This document shows positions 41,014 through 49,885 of a stretch of DNA of 64,000 nt, in pieces. Within the stretch, counting starts at the first letter, position 1. Each line of letters starts with the position of its first letter. The notes under the pieces are model-generated. The model saw only the letters and a program-made list of their open reading frames with translations. It was not told the DNA's origin and searched no databases. The translations under genes and the position numbers were made by a program. Source of the stretch: an uncultured bacterium (GTDB lineage: Bacteria; Chlamydiota; Chlamydiia; Chlamydiales; SM23-39); assembly GCA_964415395.1 (NCBI GenBank), contig CAYPZU010000003.1:5670-69669 (forward strand), written 5' to 3'.

Positions 41014-42004
41014 GGAACCCGCCGGACTCATTTACGACGACTCGCCCCACTACATCGACCACCTCGCCCCCTTTTGCGCCCAAATGAATTGGCCGCTCTG
41101 GGTTTGCGAGCCGGCAGTGGCCGATCTTTGCCGCGCCTATTATCCAGATCTGGACGTTGTCGAAAAAGACCTTTTCACGCTCTCCCTTCCAAATCCTCTT
41201 CTCGCCTGCGATCCCCTGGCGCTCCTCAGCGCCTCATTTCCAGGCAAACCGATCCGCTCCCTCTGGCTCCCCCACGGCAATTCCGACAAAGGCTGGAGAG
41301 GCCCGTTCTTCGAGGCGCTCTCTCCTTCGGAAACAGCGCTCGTGTACGGCCAGAAAATGATCGACTTCCTAAACCAGAAACAGGTTTCCGCCCAAACCGT
41401 CTCTGTCGGAAACTTTCGCGCCTCCTACTGGGAATCGCACCGCTCCTTTTACACTCCTATCCTGAAAGAAAAAATCCTCTCCCGGCTCCCCGCAAACCCG
41501 ATCTATCTCTACGCTCCCACCTGGAGCGACCAGGAAGATAACGGCTCTTTCTGGCGCGCCTTCCCTGAACTTGCGGATGCTTTGCCGCCCGCTCTCAATC
41601 TCGTCGTCAAACTCCACCCCAACATCCGCCGCAAAGACGAAATCCGACTCGAAATCCTCCTCGGGCGCTATGAAAATCGCCCCAACATCCTCTTTCTCGA
41701 AGATTTCCCTCCCGTCTATCCGCTTCTCAGCCTCGCGTCCGCCTACATCGGAGACATGTCTTCCGTCGGCTACGATTTTCTCTATTTCAACAAACCGATG
41801 TACTTTCTGAACCCCAATCGAAGAGACGCACAATCCGATCCCGGACTCTACCTTTTTCGGTGCGGCGTCGAAACGAACCCGGCCCAGGCATTCCTCTTAG
41901 GGCAAAATGAAGACCCCCTCCAGAATGTCAGAGAGGAAACGTATCGCTATACCTTCGGCCCCGCACCTGACTGGACCGAACTCAAAAAAAAGCTCGCCCC
42001 ATGA
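41012..42004 (+). CDS. CDP-glycerol glycerophosphotransferase-family (TagB/TagF-like) protein, paralog 1
   Basis: Family motifs are present: IYLYAPTWSD, VVKLHPNI and YIGDMSSVGYDFLYFNKPMYFLNP. Confidence 0.7.
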   Translation: MEPAGLIYDDSPHYIDHLAPFCAQMNWPLWVCEPAVADLCRAYYPDLDVVEKDLFTLSLPNPLLACDPLALLSASFPGKPIRSLWLPHGNSDKGWRGPFFEALSPSETALVYGQKMIDFLNQKQVSAQTVSVGNFRASYWESHRSFYTPILKEKILSRLPANPIYLYAPTWSDQEDNGSFWRAFPELADALPPALNLVVKLHPNIRRKDEIRLEILLGRYENRPNILFLEDFPPVYPLLSLASAYIGDMSSVGYDFLYFNKPMYFLNPNRRDAQSDPGLYLFRCGVETNPAQAFLLGQNEDPLQNVREETYRYTFGPAPDWTELKKKLAP

Positions 42005-43023
42005 ACTTCCGATGCGCCGCCCTCAACACAGGCTCCGACATCCACCTGCTCGACCACATCGCGCCTCTGGCCAGTCTTCTCGAAATGCCGCTCATCATAA
42101 CCGAAGAACTCAACTACAGCCTCGCAACAAAATACTACCCCCAGATCGAAACACTCTACGAGCCGGATCTGGAGCACAAACTCGGAGATCTCGCCGCCTC
42201 CTACGACGTCCTCTTCGAATGCAAATACTGGGCTCCTCATCTCAAGCTTCTCTTCCGGCAGCTCTTCAACAAAGAAATGCGGCTCGTTTTCTGCCCTCAT
42301 GGCCAATCCGATAAAGGCTATCAAAGCCCTCTTCTCGCTCCCTACGTCCAGCAAGACCGGGTTCTCCTGTACGGGGAGCTTCTCCATCAGATGCTCAACG
42401 AACTCGAACTTCCGCTCCCGCCATCAGCCGCAATCGGAAACTACCGCCTCAATTTTTACAAAAAACACCGCCCTTTCTACGACGCGCTGGCTGAAGCCGA
42501 AATTTTTTCCAGGCTCCCGCGCGGCAACCCCATCCTTCTTTACGCCCCCACGTGGAAAGATGCCGACTGCTCTACTTCCTTCTTCGACTGGACGCCTGAA
42601 CTTCTTGCTCAGCTCCCTCCCCGCTGGAATCTGATCATCAAACTCCACCCTCTTCTCGAGCAACGAGATCCAGCCCGCTTCTATTCGCTCGCCGCCCGAG
42701 CTGAAAATCAACCCAATGTCGTTTTGCTCTCCGAATTTCCTCCTGTCTACCCGATCCTCTCCCGCGTCGACTGTTATCTGGGCGACGCCTCTTCGGTCGG
42801 GTACGATATGCTTCCCTTTGAGAAGCCCCTTTTCTTTACTCCCGGCCCCCCGCGCCGACTCCATTCGTGCGGTGAAATCGTAGACTCCCCCGCGGCCCTC
42901 TTCCAAAAAAATCTCACAACTCCCTTCCGCAAACAGCAGAAGGAACTCTATGCGCGCGCGTTCACTCCCATCACCGATGCGGAAGCCAAAAAAAACATTG
43001 TTACAATTCTAATCGGCGCTTAG
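42001..43023 (+). CDS. CDP-glycerol glycerophosphotransferase-family (TagB/TagF-like) protein, paralog 2
   Basis: The same motifs occur: ILLYAPTWKD, IIKLHPLL and YLGDASSVGYDMLPFEKPLFFTPG. The start forms an ATGA overlap with paralog 1. Confidence 0.7.
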   Translation: MNFRCAALNTGSDIHLLDHIAPLASLLEMPLIITEELNYSLATKYYPQIETLYEPDLEHKLGDLAASYDVLFECKYWAPHLKLLFRQLFNKEMRLVFCPHGQSDKGYQSPLLAPYVQQDRVLLYGELLHQMLNELELPLPPSAAIGNYRLNFYKKHRPFYDALAEAEIFSRLPRGNPILLYAPTWKDADCSTSFFDWTPELLAQLPPRWNLIIKLHPLLEQRDPARFYSLAARAENQPNVVLLSEFPPVYPILSRVDCYLGDASSVGYDMLPFEKPLFFTPGPPRRLHSCGEIVDSPAALFQKNLTTPFRKQQKELYARAFTPITDAEAKKNIVTILIGA

Positions 43024-44133
43024 AGAGGGGAGAATGAAAAGAGTCCGCAGATCGTTGAGGCAATAGGCCGCAGGGCGCACTTCGATTTCGTACGCGTAGC
43101 TTCCTTCCTTGAGAGGAGCGATCCAGGAAACCGTCCCCGTCAATAGCCCGGCAGGGAAAACTCCATCCAATCCTGAAGTAACGAGCAAGTCGCCCTCTTT
43201 CAGAATCGGCTGCGCCGGCAGGCTAGAACCAACTGCACGCCCAGTCCTCAGATCTCGCGCAGGACCTTCCTCGTCAGCATAATCGTAGTTAAACCCAACG
43301 CCTGACAATACCAGGCCCCGGGATCTCCAAAATGGGGCGCTGCTTCCATGCAGCTCTCCTTTGGCCAGATAGCTTTCCTCAAGCGCAGGGTCGAGCTTCG
43401 ACTTCAGCCCGTCCAGCCGAGTTAAAATAGACTGCTTCTCTTCGAAGCTGGCAAACAGGTCTTCGCGCACTTCAAGCCGGCTCAAGAGGCCATTTAAAAT
43501 CAGCCCCAGCTCCCGGTTCTGGATCCCTCCGCGGACAGCTCTGACGGCGGGGGAGAGTCCCGAGTCGGTGATGAGGCGAACCCGCGACTGCTTTTCCCCG
43601 ACATAATCAACCACCCCTACGAGAGCGCAGCCGGAAACCACGGGACTGTTTTTAGAAATGACCTTTCTTCCTAAAGCCCTGTTGTCTTCTTCTCCCGCAT
43701 ACACCCATAGGCTGCTGCTCCAGGAGCTGGGATCGCGGTAAATCACCTCAGCAGGGAAGGAGAGCAGCTGGCTCTCCAGCTTGCCGCGGAGCTGCGCCGC
43801 GCGCCGCTTGAAAAACTCATTTTTCGGCACAGCTTTCAAAACCTCGAGCTGGTCTCCGATCTGCGCCTCAAAATGGATCCAATCCTGCGCCGATTCAATC
43901 CGCGCCCTCAGATTCTGATTTTCCCACTGGAGGCGGGCGATTTCCTTCCCGCTATCGACAGATCTGCGATCCTGAAATAGCCTGCCCCAGCCTTTCCAGA
44001 TCGGCGAAAAAGAGGCGACCGCAAAGGAGCGGAGAGAGTCGGAAGCTGCCCGCGGCAAACTGATCCAGCAGAAAAGGAAAATCCCCAGTACGAAATAAGG
44101 ATAGGAAACGGTTCTTCGACTCATGCCCCGCAC
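43009..44133 (-). CDS. mreC: rod-shape-determining protein MreC
   Basis: It has an N-terminal TM segment and a coiled coil (LQWENQNLRARIESAQ). The beta domains read GCALVGVVDYVGEKQSRVRLITDSGLSPAV and GDLLVTSGLDGVFPAGLLTGTV. Confidence 0.85.
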   Translation of the reverse strand: MRGMSRRTVSYPYFVLGIFLFCWISLPRAASDSLRSFAVASFSPIWKGWGRLFQDRRSVDSGKEIARLQWENQNLRARIESAQDWIHFEAQIGDQLEVLKAVPKNEFFKRRAAQLRGKLESQLLSFPAEVIYRDPSSWSSSLWVYAGEEDNRALGRKVISKNSPVVSGCALVGVVDYVGEKQSRVRLITDSGLSPAVRAVRGGIQNRELGLILNGLLSRLEVREDLFASFEEKQSILTRLDGLKSKLDPALEESYLAKGELHGSSAPFWRSRGLVLSGVGFNYDYADEEGPARDLRTGRAVGSSLPAQPILKEGDLLVTSGLDGVFPAGLLTGTVSWIAPLKEGSYAYEIEVRPAAYCLNDLRTLFILPSLSAD

Positions 44134-45317
44134 ACTGTAAGAATATTTTCGGCAACATATCCGAGATTTTTTGCGGTCAATCCCGCAACATTGATCCGCC
44201 CGCTGTCGAGCAGATAGATTCCGAAACGGTCGATCAACTGCTGGGTCTGGCTTTTATCCAGATCGACGTAGGAAAACATCCCCTTATGTTTCTTAAGGTA
44301 GCTGAAATCGATCTTTTTTGAGCCTGCGCTCAGCCTCTGGATCAGCGCTTCCCGCATCATCACAAGGCGGTGGCGCATCCCTTCAAGGTCTTTGAGCCAC
44401 CCTTTTTTCAGCTCGCTATCCTTCAGAATTTCAAGAACGATGTTGGCTCCATGAGCGGGAGGATTGGAGTAGAGAGCCCTGATCACCCGCTTCACCTGGC
44501 TCCCGATCCGCGTCTTGCCTGCCGCATTCCCGCCGACGACAAAAAGCGCCCCGACCCGCTGGCAATACAAGCTGAAATTTTTCGAGCATGAATAGGCAAT
44601 CAGCATCTCATGCCCCTCTTGAAGAAAGGCCCGGATCGGAGCCGCATCTCTTTCCATCCCATCGCCCAATCCCTGGTAGGCCAGATCAAAAAAAGGCAGC
44701 AGTTTTTTCCGCTTCAAGATCTGGGAAATCGCTTTCCATTCATCGGGCGTCGGATCGCAGCCTGTCGGATTATGGCAGCACCCGTGCAGCACTACAACGG
44801 TCTTTTCCGGCAGCGCTTCGAGACATTTTTCCATCGCAGCGAAATCGAATCCCTTCATCCCGCGCGAATAGTAATCGTAACTGCTTACCGTTGCGCCCGC
44901 CCGCTCGAAAATCATCCGGTGGTTCGGCCAGGTAGGATGGGAAATGGCAGCCAAACGCCCGACTTCCTGCGTCAAAAATTCGGCGCCGACCCGCAAAGCC
45001 CCTGTTCCGCCAGCGGTTTGCGCGCCATAGATCCGCGCGCGATTTTCTTTCCAAAGCTCTTCGCCAAAAACCAGAGCGCCGATCGCTTCTGCAAATTCCT
45101 GGATTCCATCCATCGGCAAATAATCAGCAAGGATATCGGTTCCTAAAATCCGCTCTTTCGCTTTTCTCACCGTGGGAAGAAGTTCGGAACGGAGATGCTC
45201 ATCTTTGAAAATTCCCACCAGAAGATTCACTTTCTGGGGGCGCGGATCGGACTGGAAGACGCTTGTGAGACCGAAAACAGGGTCGGGAGGGCCCTCGGGA
45301 ACATGATCAAAAAACAT
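44121..45317 (-). CDS. aspC: class-I aspartate/aromatic aminotransferase
   Basis: The PLP-lysine context SCSKNFSLYCQRVGAL is present, with LLHGCCHNPTG, FFDLAYQGL and GRINVAGL. Confidence 0.9.
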   Translation of the reverse strand: MFFDHVPEGPPDPVFGLTSVFQSDPRPQKVNLLVGIFKDEHLRSELLPTVRKAKERILGTDILADYLPMDGIQEFAEAIGALVFGEELWKENRARIYGAQTAGGTGALRVGAEFLTQEVGRLAAISHPTWPNHRMIFERAGATVSSYDYYSRGMKGFDFAAMEKCLEALPEKTVVVLHGCCHNPTGCDPTPDEWKAISQILKRKKLLPFFDLAYQGLGDGMERDAAPIRAFLQEGHEMLIAYSCSKNFSLYCQRVGALFVVGGNAAGKTRIGSQVKRVIRALYSNPPAHGANIVLEILKDSELKKGWLKDLEGMRHRLVMMREALIQRLSAGSKKIDFSYLKKHKGMFSYVDLDKSQTQQLIDRFGIYLLDSGRINVAGLTAKNLGYVAENILTVCGA

Positions 45318-45379
45318 GGGGAACCGAATGGTTTTGAACCCATTCTAGCTCCCCAAGAATTTTCATGACAATCAAGAGC

Positions 45380-45409
45380 TTGAATCAAAATAGGGAAACG
45401 CCCTAAAAT
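45380..45409 (+). promoter_or_regulatory. candidate promoter of tRNA-Ala
   Basis: TTGAAT (45380..45385), an 18-nt spacer, then TAAAAT (45404..45409), 12 nt before the tRNA 5' end. Confidence 0.4.
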
Positions 45410-45421
45410 CTTGGCCTTTAT

Positions 45422-45494
45422 GGGGCGTTAGCTCAGTTGGTAGAGCGCAACAATGGCATTGTTGAGGCCATCGGTTCGACTCCGATACGCTCCA
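45422..45494 (+). tRNA. tRNA-Ala (anticodon GGC)
   Basis: I folded the cloverleaf manually. The acceptor stem is GGGGCGT/ACGCTCC with the G3:U70 alanine identity pair. The D arm is GCTC-AGTTGGTA-GAGC. The anticodon stem CAACA/TGTTG carries the loop ATGGCAT. The T arm is ATCGG-TTCGACT-CCGAT. No CCA end is encoded. Confidence 0.95.
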
Positions 45495-45495
45495 A

Positions 45496-45723
45496 TTACT
45501 TCTTGCGGCAGAACACGACCAAAGCCGCCCCTACGATCACAAAAGCAATCCCCGACACCAGATATCTAGAAGTCCCTTCCGAATATCCGTTTTCGCGCAT
45601 GACTTGCTTCTTGATTTTTTCAATTCCTGAAGACTGGTTTGAGCGATGAGCGAAAACCATCAGCACGACCCCTGCGACAATCAAAATTCCGCCGATCAGC
45701 TGCTTCATATTGCAACATTTCAT
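45496..45723 (-). CDS. small two-TM membrane protein
   Basis: 75 aa with two hydrophobic helices (LIGGILIVAGVVLMVF and LVSGIAFVIVGAALVVF). Confidence 0.5.
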   Translation of the reverse strand: MKCCNMKQLIGGILIVAGVVLMVFAHRSNQSSGIEKIKKQVMRENGYSEGTSRYLVSGIAFVIVGAALVVFCRKK

Positions 45724-45807
45724 AAATCCCCCTGGTAAAATAGATCAAAGATCCTTTTGCTCCTTCTAGCAAAGAGGAAGGGGAATGTAAAGCGGCTTTA
45801 CACAGAA

Positions 45808-45837
45808 AACCCCTGATCGGATTGACCGTCAGGGGTT
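45808..45837 (-). terminator. hairpin downstream of rpoD (candidate terminator)
   Basis: AACCCCTGA...TCAGGGGTT forms a 9-bp stem with an inner CGG/CCG extension, 14 nt after the rpoD stop. A second small hairpin, TGTAAAG-CGG-CTTTACA, lies at 45786..45802. Confidence 0.5.
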
Positions 45838-45850
45838 AAAAGAGAATGGA

Positions 45851-47509
45851 TTATTCGCCTTCGAGAAGATCGAGAAAGGCCTGGAGCTGCTTCGCGCGGG
45901 TCGGGTGCCTCATCTTGCGCAAAGCTTTCGCTTCGATCTGGCGGACCCGCTCGCGGGTAACTTTGAAGCGGACGCCCACTTCTTCGAGAGTTTTGGGCTT
46001 GCCGTCCAAAAGACCGAATCGCTCAATCAAAACGGTTCTCTCCCTGTCGGTCAGGGTGGCGAGAACCTCATTCATTTTGTCTTTGAGGATCGCATAGCCG
46101 GTCGCTTCAGCCGGGGACTCGATCGCGGTGTCTTCAAGGAAGTCTCCGAACTGGCTTTCGCCGCCGTCGCCCACCTCTGCCTGCAGAGAAATCGGGTGCT
46201 GGGCGATCTTGTAGATTTCGCGGACCCGCTCGGGAGTCAATCCCAGCTCGTTCGCCAATTCTTCGGGCGTCGGCTCTCTTCCGGTCTCCATCATGAGCTT
46301 TTTCGCTCCGCGGAGAACCTTGTTGATCGTCTCGATCATGTGGACCGGAATCCGGATCGTCCGCGCCTGGTCGGCGATCGCCCGCGTCACAGCCTGCCGG
46401 ATCCACCATGTGGCATAGGTAGAAAACTTATAGCCGCGGCGGTATTCGAATTTCTCGACCGCCTTCATCAGGCCCATGTTCCCTTCCTGAATCAAATCCA
46501 GGAACGAAAGGCCCCTATTGGTGTATTTTTTCGCGATCGAGATGACGAGCCTTAAGTTGGACTCAACCATCTCCCGCTTCGCTTCCTGGCTCTTGTCCAT
46601 CCAGCGCTGAAGCATCCGGACGTCTTTCTTGAATTCTTCCAGGCTGCGTCCAGCGGCAAGCTCCCGTTTATAGAGCTTCCGCTTGGCCGCCGCCAGCTTC
46701 CCGGCAGCGAATTTATTTTTCTCGGCGCGCGGAGTGAGCTCCTGAATTTCCTTCTCCAGCTGCAGAAAGCGGTCGTAAGCGGAAAGAATGACTTCGCCGA
46801 AGTCTTCGATGATGTTGTGTCTGCAGCAGAATCTTCTCAAATAAGCTTGGGCGCGAATCCGGCATTTCTCGATTGTCTCGAGAAGCTGGGCTCTCTCTTC
46901 TTTTTTGAGATTCGGGTCGCGCATCTGAACCAGCAGCTCTTCGAGCATCTGGTCTTCGCCCTTCATCAGGTCGCAAAGCTTGGGCAGCAAATTGATGAAA
47001 TGAACTTTATCAGCGACTTCCTTTTCAGCGACGATCTTATCAAAGCGCTCTTTGCCGGAGATCAGGTAGCCTGCGATCGAAATCGCTTCGCGGATCGAAT
47101 AGCGGAAGCGCATGATGATTTTTTCGATCTGGATCTGGGCTTTTTCGATTCTCTTCGAGATCTCCACCTCTTCTTCGCGGGTAAGAAGGGGAACCGAACC
47201 CATTTCTTTTAGGTACATCCGGACAGGGTCGTCGGAAGTACCCTCGGTCCTCTTGGGGAGGCCTTCGAGCTCTTTCGCTTCTTTCTTCCGTTCTTTCTGC
47301 CGCTCGACTTCCGCCTGGTTCAAGACCTGGATGTCCATCCCGCTCAAGTAGATCAACACCTGGTCGATCTGCTCGGGGGAATCGAAGGTCATAGGAAGAA
47401 TTTCGTTGATCTCCTCGTACGTGAGGTAGCCTTGTTCTTTGGCGATCGCAACGAGCTCTTCGATTTTCTGCTGATGCTGGGGGTTGCTGAAAGATGTCGT
47501 GCCGGTCAT
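45851..47509 (-). CDS. rpoD: primary sigma factor (sigma-70 family, chlamydial sigma-66 type)
   Basis: Region 2 reads [56 protein letters not shown]. Region 4 reads [30 protein letters not shown]. Confidence 0.95.
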   Translation of the reverse strand: MTGTTSFSNPQHQQKIEELVAIAKEQGYLTYEEINEILPMTFDSPEQIDQVLIYLSGMDIQVLNQAEVERQKERKKEAKELEGLPKRTEGTSDDPVRMYLKEMGSVPLLTREEEVEISKRIEKAQIQIEKIIMRFRYSIREAISIAGYLISGKERFDKIVAEKEVADKVHFINLLPKLCDLMKGEDQMLEELLVQMRDPNLKKEERAQLLETIEKCRIRAQAYLRRFCCRHNIIEDFGEVILSAYDRFLQLEKEIQELTPRAEKNKFAAGKLAAAKRKLYKRELAAGRSLEEFKKDVRMLQRWMDKSQEAKREMVESNLRLVISIAKKYTNRGLSFLDLIQEGNMGLMKAVEKFEYRRGYKFSTYATWWIRQAVTRAIADQARTIRIPVHMIETINKVLRGAKKLMMETGREPTPEELANELGLTPERVREIYKIAQHPISLQAEVGDGGESQFGDFLEDTAIESPAEATGYAILKDKMNEVLATLTDRERTVLIERFGLLDGKPKTLEEVGVRFKVTRERVRQIEAKALRKMRHPTRAKQLQAFLDLLEGE

Positions 47510-47545
47510 GCTCTCCTATGCCAGGATGGGAAAAAATCTGGGGTT

Positions 47546-47561
47546 TGGTATACGCTTTGCA
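47546..47561 (+). promoter_or_regulatory. sigma-54-type promoter candidate (TGGTAT-N5-TTGCA) upstream of the CoiA-like gene
   Basis: The sequence TGGTATacgctTTGCA has GG and GC separated by exactly 10 nt, as in the TGGCAC-N5-TTGCA consensus. It lies about 100 nt upstream of ATG 47664. Confidence 0.35.
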
Positions 47562-47663
47562 AAAAATTGATTTTTCGCGAAGGAAAACGAAAATATTGTG
47601 AAGGAACCCCCCCTTCCTGTCAACATCATATAATCTTGGCGATTAATTGCAATCAGAACTTAT

Positions 47664-48524
47664 ATGGCTCTCTACGCAACTGACACCGACGACGTGATCT
47701 TCGCCTCAGACGCCGACCCGCAGGGTCGGTACTGGTGCCTCGAATGCTTCGGCCCCGTAAAAGTCCGGAAAGGGAAGGAGCGCTTCCCCCACTTCTACCA
47801 CGTCAAAACAACGCCGCAGTGCCGCCTCTATAGTAAAAGCGAAGACCACATGAGAGTCCAGGTCGAACTGAAAAAACTCTTTCCCCCCAACGAAATCGCC
47901 CTGGAAAAAGCCTTCCCTTCGCTCAGCCGGGTCGCCGACGCCCTCTGGGAAAAAGAAAAAATTGCGTTCGAAATCCAGTGCTCTCCGATCCAGCCCCCCG
48001 AAGCCGAAGCCAGGATCCGGGATTACCGCTCGGCGGGCTACGAAACGATCTGGCTTCTCGACGAGAGGCTTTACAACAAACGAACCGTTCGTCCCTCGGA
48101 AGAACTCCTCCGCTCCCACAGCGCCTACTACCTCTCGATCCCGAGAGGGCGCCCCTTTTCCGCCTACGACCAGTTTGAAATCTTCGCCTCAGGCGCCCGC
48201 GTTAAAAAAGGGCGGCCCCTCTCGATCGACCTCCGGAACGCCCGCACCCTGAGAACCCTTCCTCCTTCGGAAAAACTACCTGATCAGATCGTCCGCAGGG
48301 CGCTCGGCAGCCCACGCCACTTCCAAAACGACCGCCTTGCGAGAGCCGCGCAGTCGATCCGCTTTCCCTCTCTCGCCCTCTCGCTTCAAAACTGGAAAGC
48401 GCTTGAAGAGCATCTAGGGAAAAGCCCTCCGCCCCCGCCGCCCTGGAAAGAGTGGCTGCGGCGCTATCTGTTCGAGCCTTACCTGGAGTGGCTCGTAAAA
48501 GTTCACATTTGGCTTAACGATTGA
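47664..48524 (+). CDS. CoiA-like competence-family protein (zinc-ribbon plus PD-(D/E)xK-like nuclease core)
   Basis: A zinc-ribbon-like segment reads YWCLECFGPVKVRKGKERFPHFYH. The CoiA-type core reads HMRVQVEL...VADALWEKEKIAFEIQCSPI...R...Y...GYETIWLL. Confidence 0.65.
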   Translation: MALYATDTDDVIFASDADPQGRYWCLECFGPVKVRKGKERFPHFYHVKTTPQCRLYSKSEDHMRVQVELKKLFPPNEIALEKAFPSLSRVADALWEKEKIAFEIQCSPIQPPEAEARIRDYRSAGYETIWLLDERLYNKRTVRPSEELLRSHSAYYLSIPRGRPFSAYDQFEIFASGARVKKGRPLSIDLRNARTLRTLPPSEKLPDQIVRRALGSPRHFQNDRLARAAQSIRFPSLALSLQNWKALEEHLGKSPPPPPPWKEWLRRYLFEPYLEWLVKVHIWLND

Positions 48525-48882
48525 AATAGAGGCTGGGATGGATAAAAAGCCCCATCAGAAGTCTTAGAAAACAGGCTCCGACCGCAAAAGGAAGGAGAAC
48601 CCAGTCGGCGAGATCTTTGGCGAGCTTGCCGACCCGCTCGACAAAAAAGGCTCTTGCGCCGCCGAAAGTGACGAGGAGCAACGCCGCTGAAAGACAAAGT
48701 CCGGCCGTCCTCAAAATTGTTCTATATGTCTTCAAAACCAATGCGAGCGGCAGCAGGCAGAGCTTCTTCAAAAAATCTTTCACACAAAGAAAGCGGCCGC
48801 GGAATGAATCGAAATGGAACGATTCACTCTGAGCGGAAATTTCAAAATAAGTCTGAGACTCGGCGTAAGACTTGAATTCCAT
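48514..48882 (-). CDS. hypothetical small membrane protein
   Basis: 122 aa with hydrophobic segments (LCLLPLALVL, TAGLCLSAALLLVTFGG, WVLLPFAVGACFLRLLMGLFI). Confidence 0.5.
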   Translation of the reverse strand: MEFKSYAESQTYFEISAQSESFHFDSFRGRFLCVKDFLKKLCLLPLALVLKTYRTILRTAGLCLSAALLLVTFGGARAFFVERVGKLAKDLADWVLLPFAVGACFLRLLMGLFIHPSLYFNR

Positions 48883-48926
48883 TTTTATTCCAGATTGATT
48901 TCGTTTAATTATATAATAAACAAATA

Positions 48927-49364
48927 TTACAAATCAATACTTCGAATTTTCCTTATTAGGAACCCAAAATAGACGGCAACCCCATAGCAGGCCGCCATCC
49001 GGAAGAGAAGATTGAAAGGGAACGCCTTTTCCAGAGCGGAACGGCCCGGATTTGAAGGGTCGTACCAGACAACCCACTCCTGTTTCGCCATTTCCTTAAG
49101 GGAAGCAAAAGCCGCCGCCTCGCTCTGATACTCCCGCTTAAATTGCCAGCTCCCCTCGAAAGGTAGCTCGCCAAATAAATATTTTGCTTGCACCAGAAAT
49201 TTACCGGAGACCTCCTCGATTTCCCACTGGGAGATCCGGGCTTTTGCCTGGGCCTGAAGGGGCCATGTTTCGAGCCACGCCCCTCCAAAACGGACCGTGA
49301 AATAGAGGGCGATCGCCAGGACTCCGGCAAGCAAAAATGATAGAGAGCGGGTTTTAGAGCGCAT
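48927..49364 (-). CDS. DUF3592-like membrane protein
   Basis: 145 aa. An N-terminal TM segment is followed by a beta-rich middle (GKFLVQAKYLF...WVVWYDPSNPGRSALE) and a C-terminal TM segment, which is the typical DUF3592 layout. Confidence 0.55.
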   Translation of the reverse strand: MRSKTRSLSFLLAGVLAIALYFTVRFGGAWLETWPLQAQAKARISQWEIEEVSGKFLVQAKYLFGELPFEGSWQFKREYQSEAAAFASLKEMAKQEWVVWYDPSNPGRSALEKAFPFNLLFRMAACYGVAVYFGFLIRKIRSIDL

Positions 49365-49438
49365 GAAGCCTTTACGAATTAAGGGAGAGGGATTATAGTA
49401 GTGCCATTTAAAATTCGCAATTCGAACATCGAGGAAAT

Positions 49439-49750
49439 ATGGCAGAAGCCGATAAGAAGTCTGGAGACAAGAAGAAAGGCGAAGGGCTTGTCAAGCGCCC
49501 CTCCGCTCTCAAAAGAGATATGCAGAACGAAAAGCAGCGCCTGAGAAACCGCTCTTTCCGCGCTGAGGTTCTCACCTCTATCCGGGGCCTTCAAAACTCC
49601 ATCTCTCAAAAAGAACCCGCCGAAGTGTTAAAAACAAAATTGAACGAAATCTACAGCCTGGTAGACAAAGGCGTAAAAAGAGGCGTTTACAAGCCCAATA
49701 AAGCAGCGCGCACCAAATCGCGCCTCGCTGCCCGCACAGTGAAAGCCTAA
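49439..49750 (+). CDS. rpsT: 30S ribosomal protein S20
   Basis: 103 aa and basic. The S20 core reads RPSALKRDMQNEKQRLRNRSFRAEVLTSIRGL...GVYKPNKAARTKSRLA. Confidence 0.9.
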   Translation: MAEADKKSGDKKKGEGLVKRPSALKRDMQNEKQRLRNRSFRAEVLTSIRGLQNSISQKEPAEVLKTKLNEIYSLVDKGVKRGVYKPNKAARTKSRLAARTVKA

Positions 49751-49757
49751 TCTCTCC

Positions 49758-49780
49758 GCCCCCAACTTTCTTTTGGGGGC
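49758..49780 (+). terminator. hairpin after rpsT (candidate terminator)
   Basis: GCCCCCAA-CTTTCTT-TTGGGGGC forms an 8-bp perfect stem 8 nt after the stop. No clean U-tract follows. Confidence 0.5.
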
Positions 49781-49885
49781 TATATCCATAAACTTTTTAG
49801 TTCACATTTATAGTTTGTTCTTCAATAGAATTCAATCTCCATTTTGATTATAATAATTCTAAATTAAAATAAATTCGGAATTATT

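Noticed and set aside
45422-45850. The tRNA-Ala could be an integration site for a genomic island.
   Set aside because: I found no integrase, no direct repeat of the tRNA 3' end and no compositional break. The flanking genes (aspC, rpoD) are core genes.
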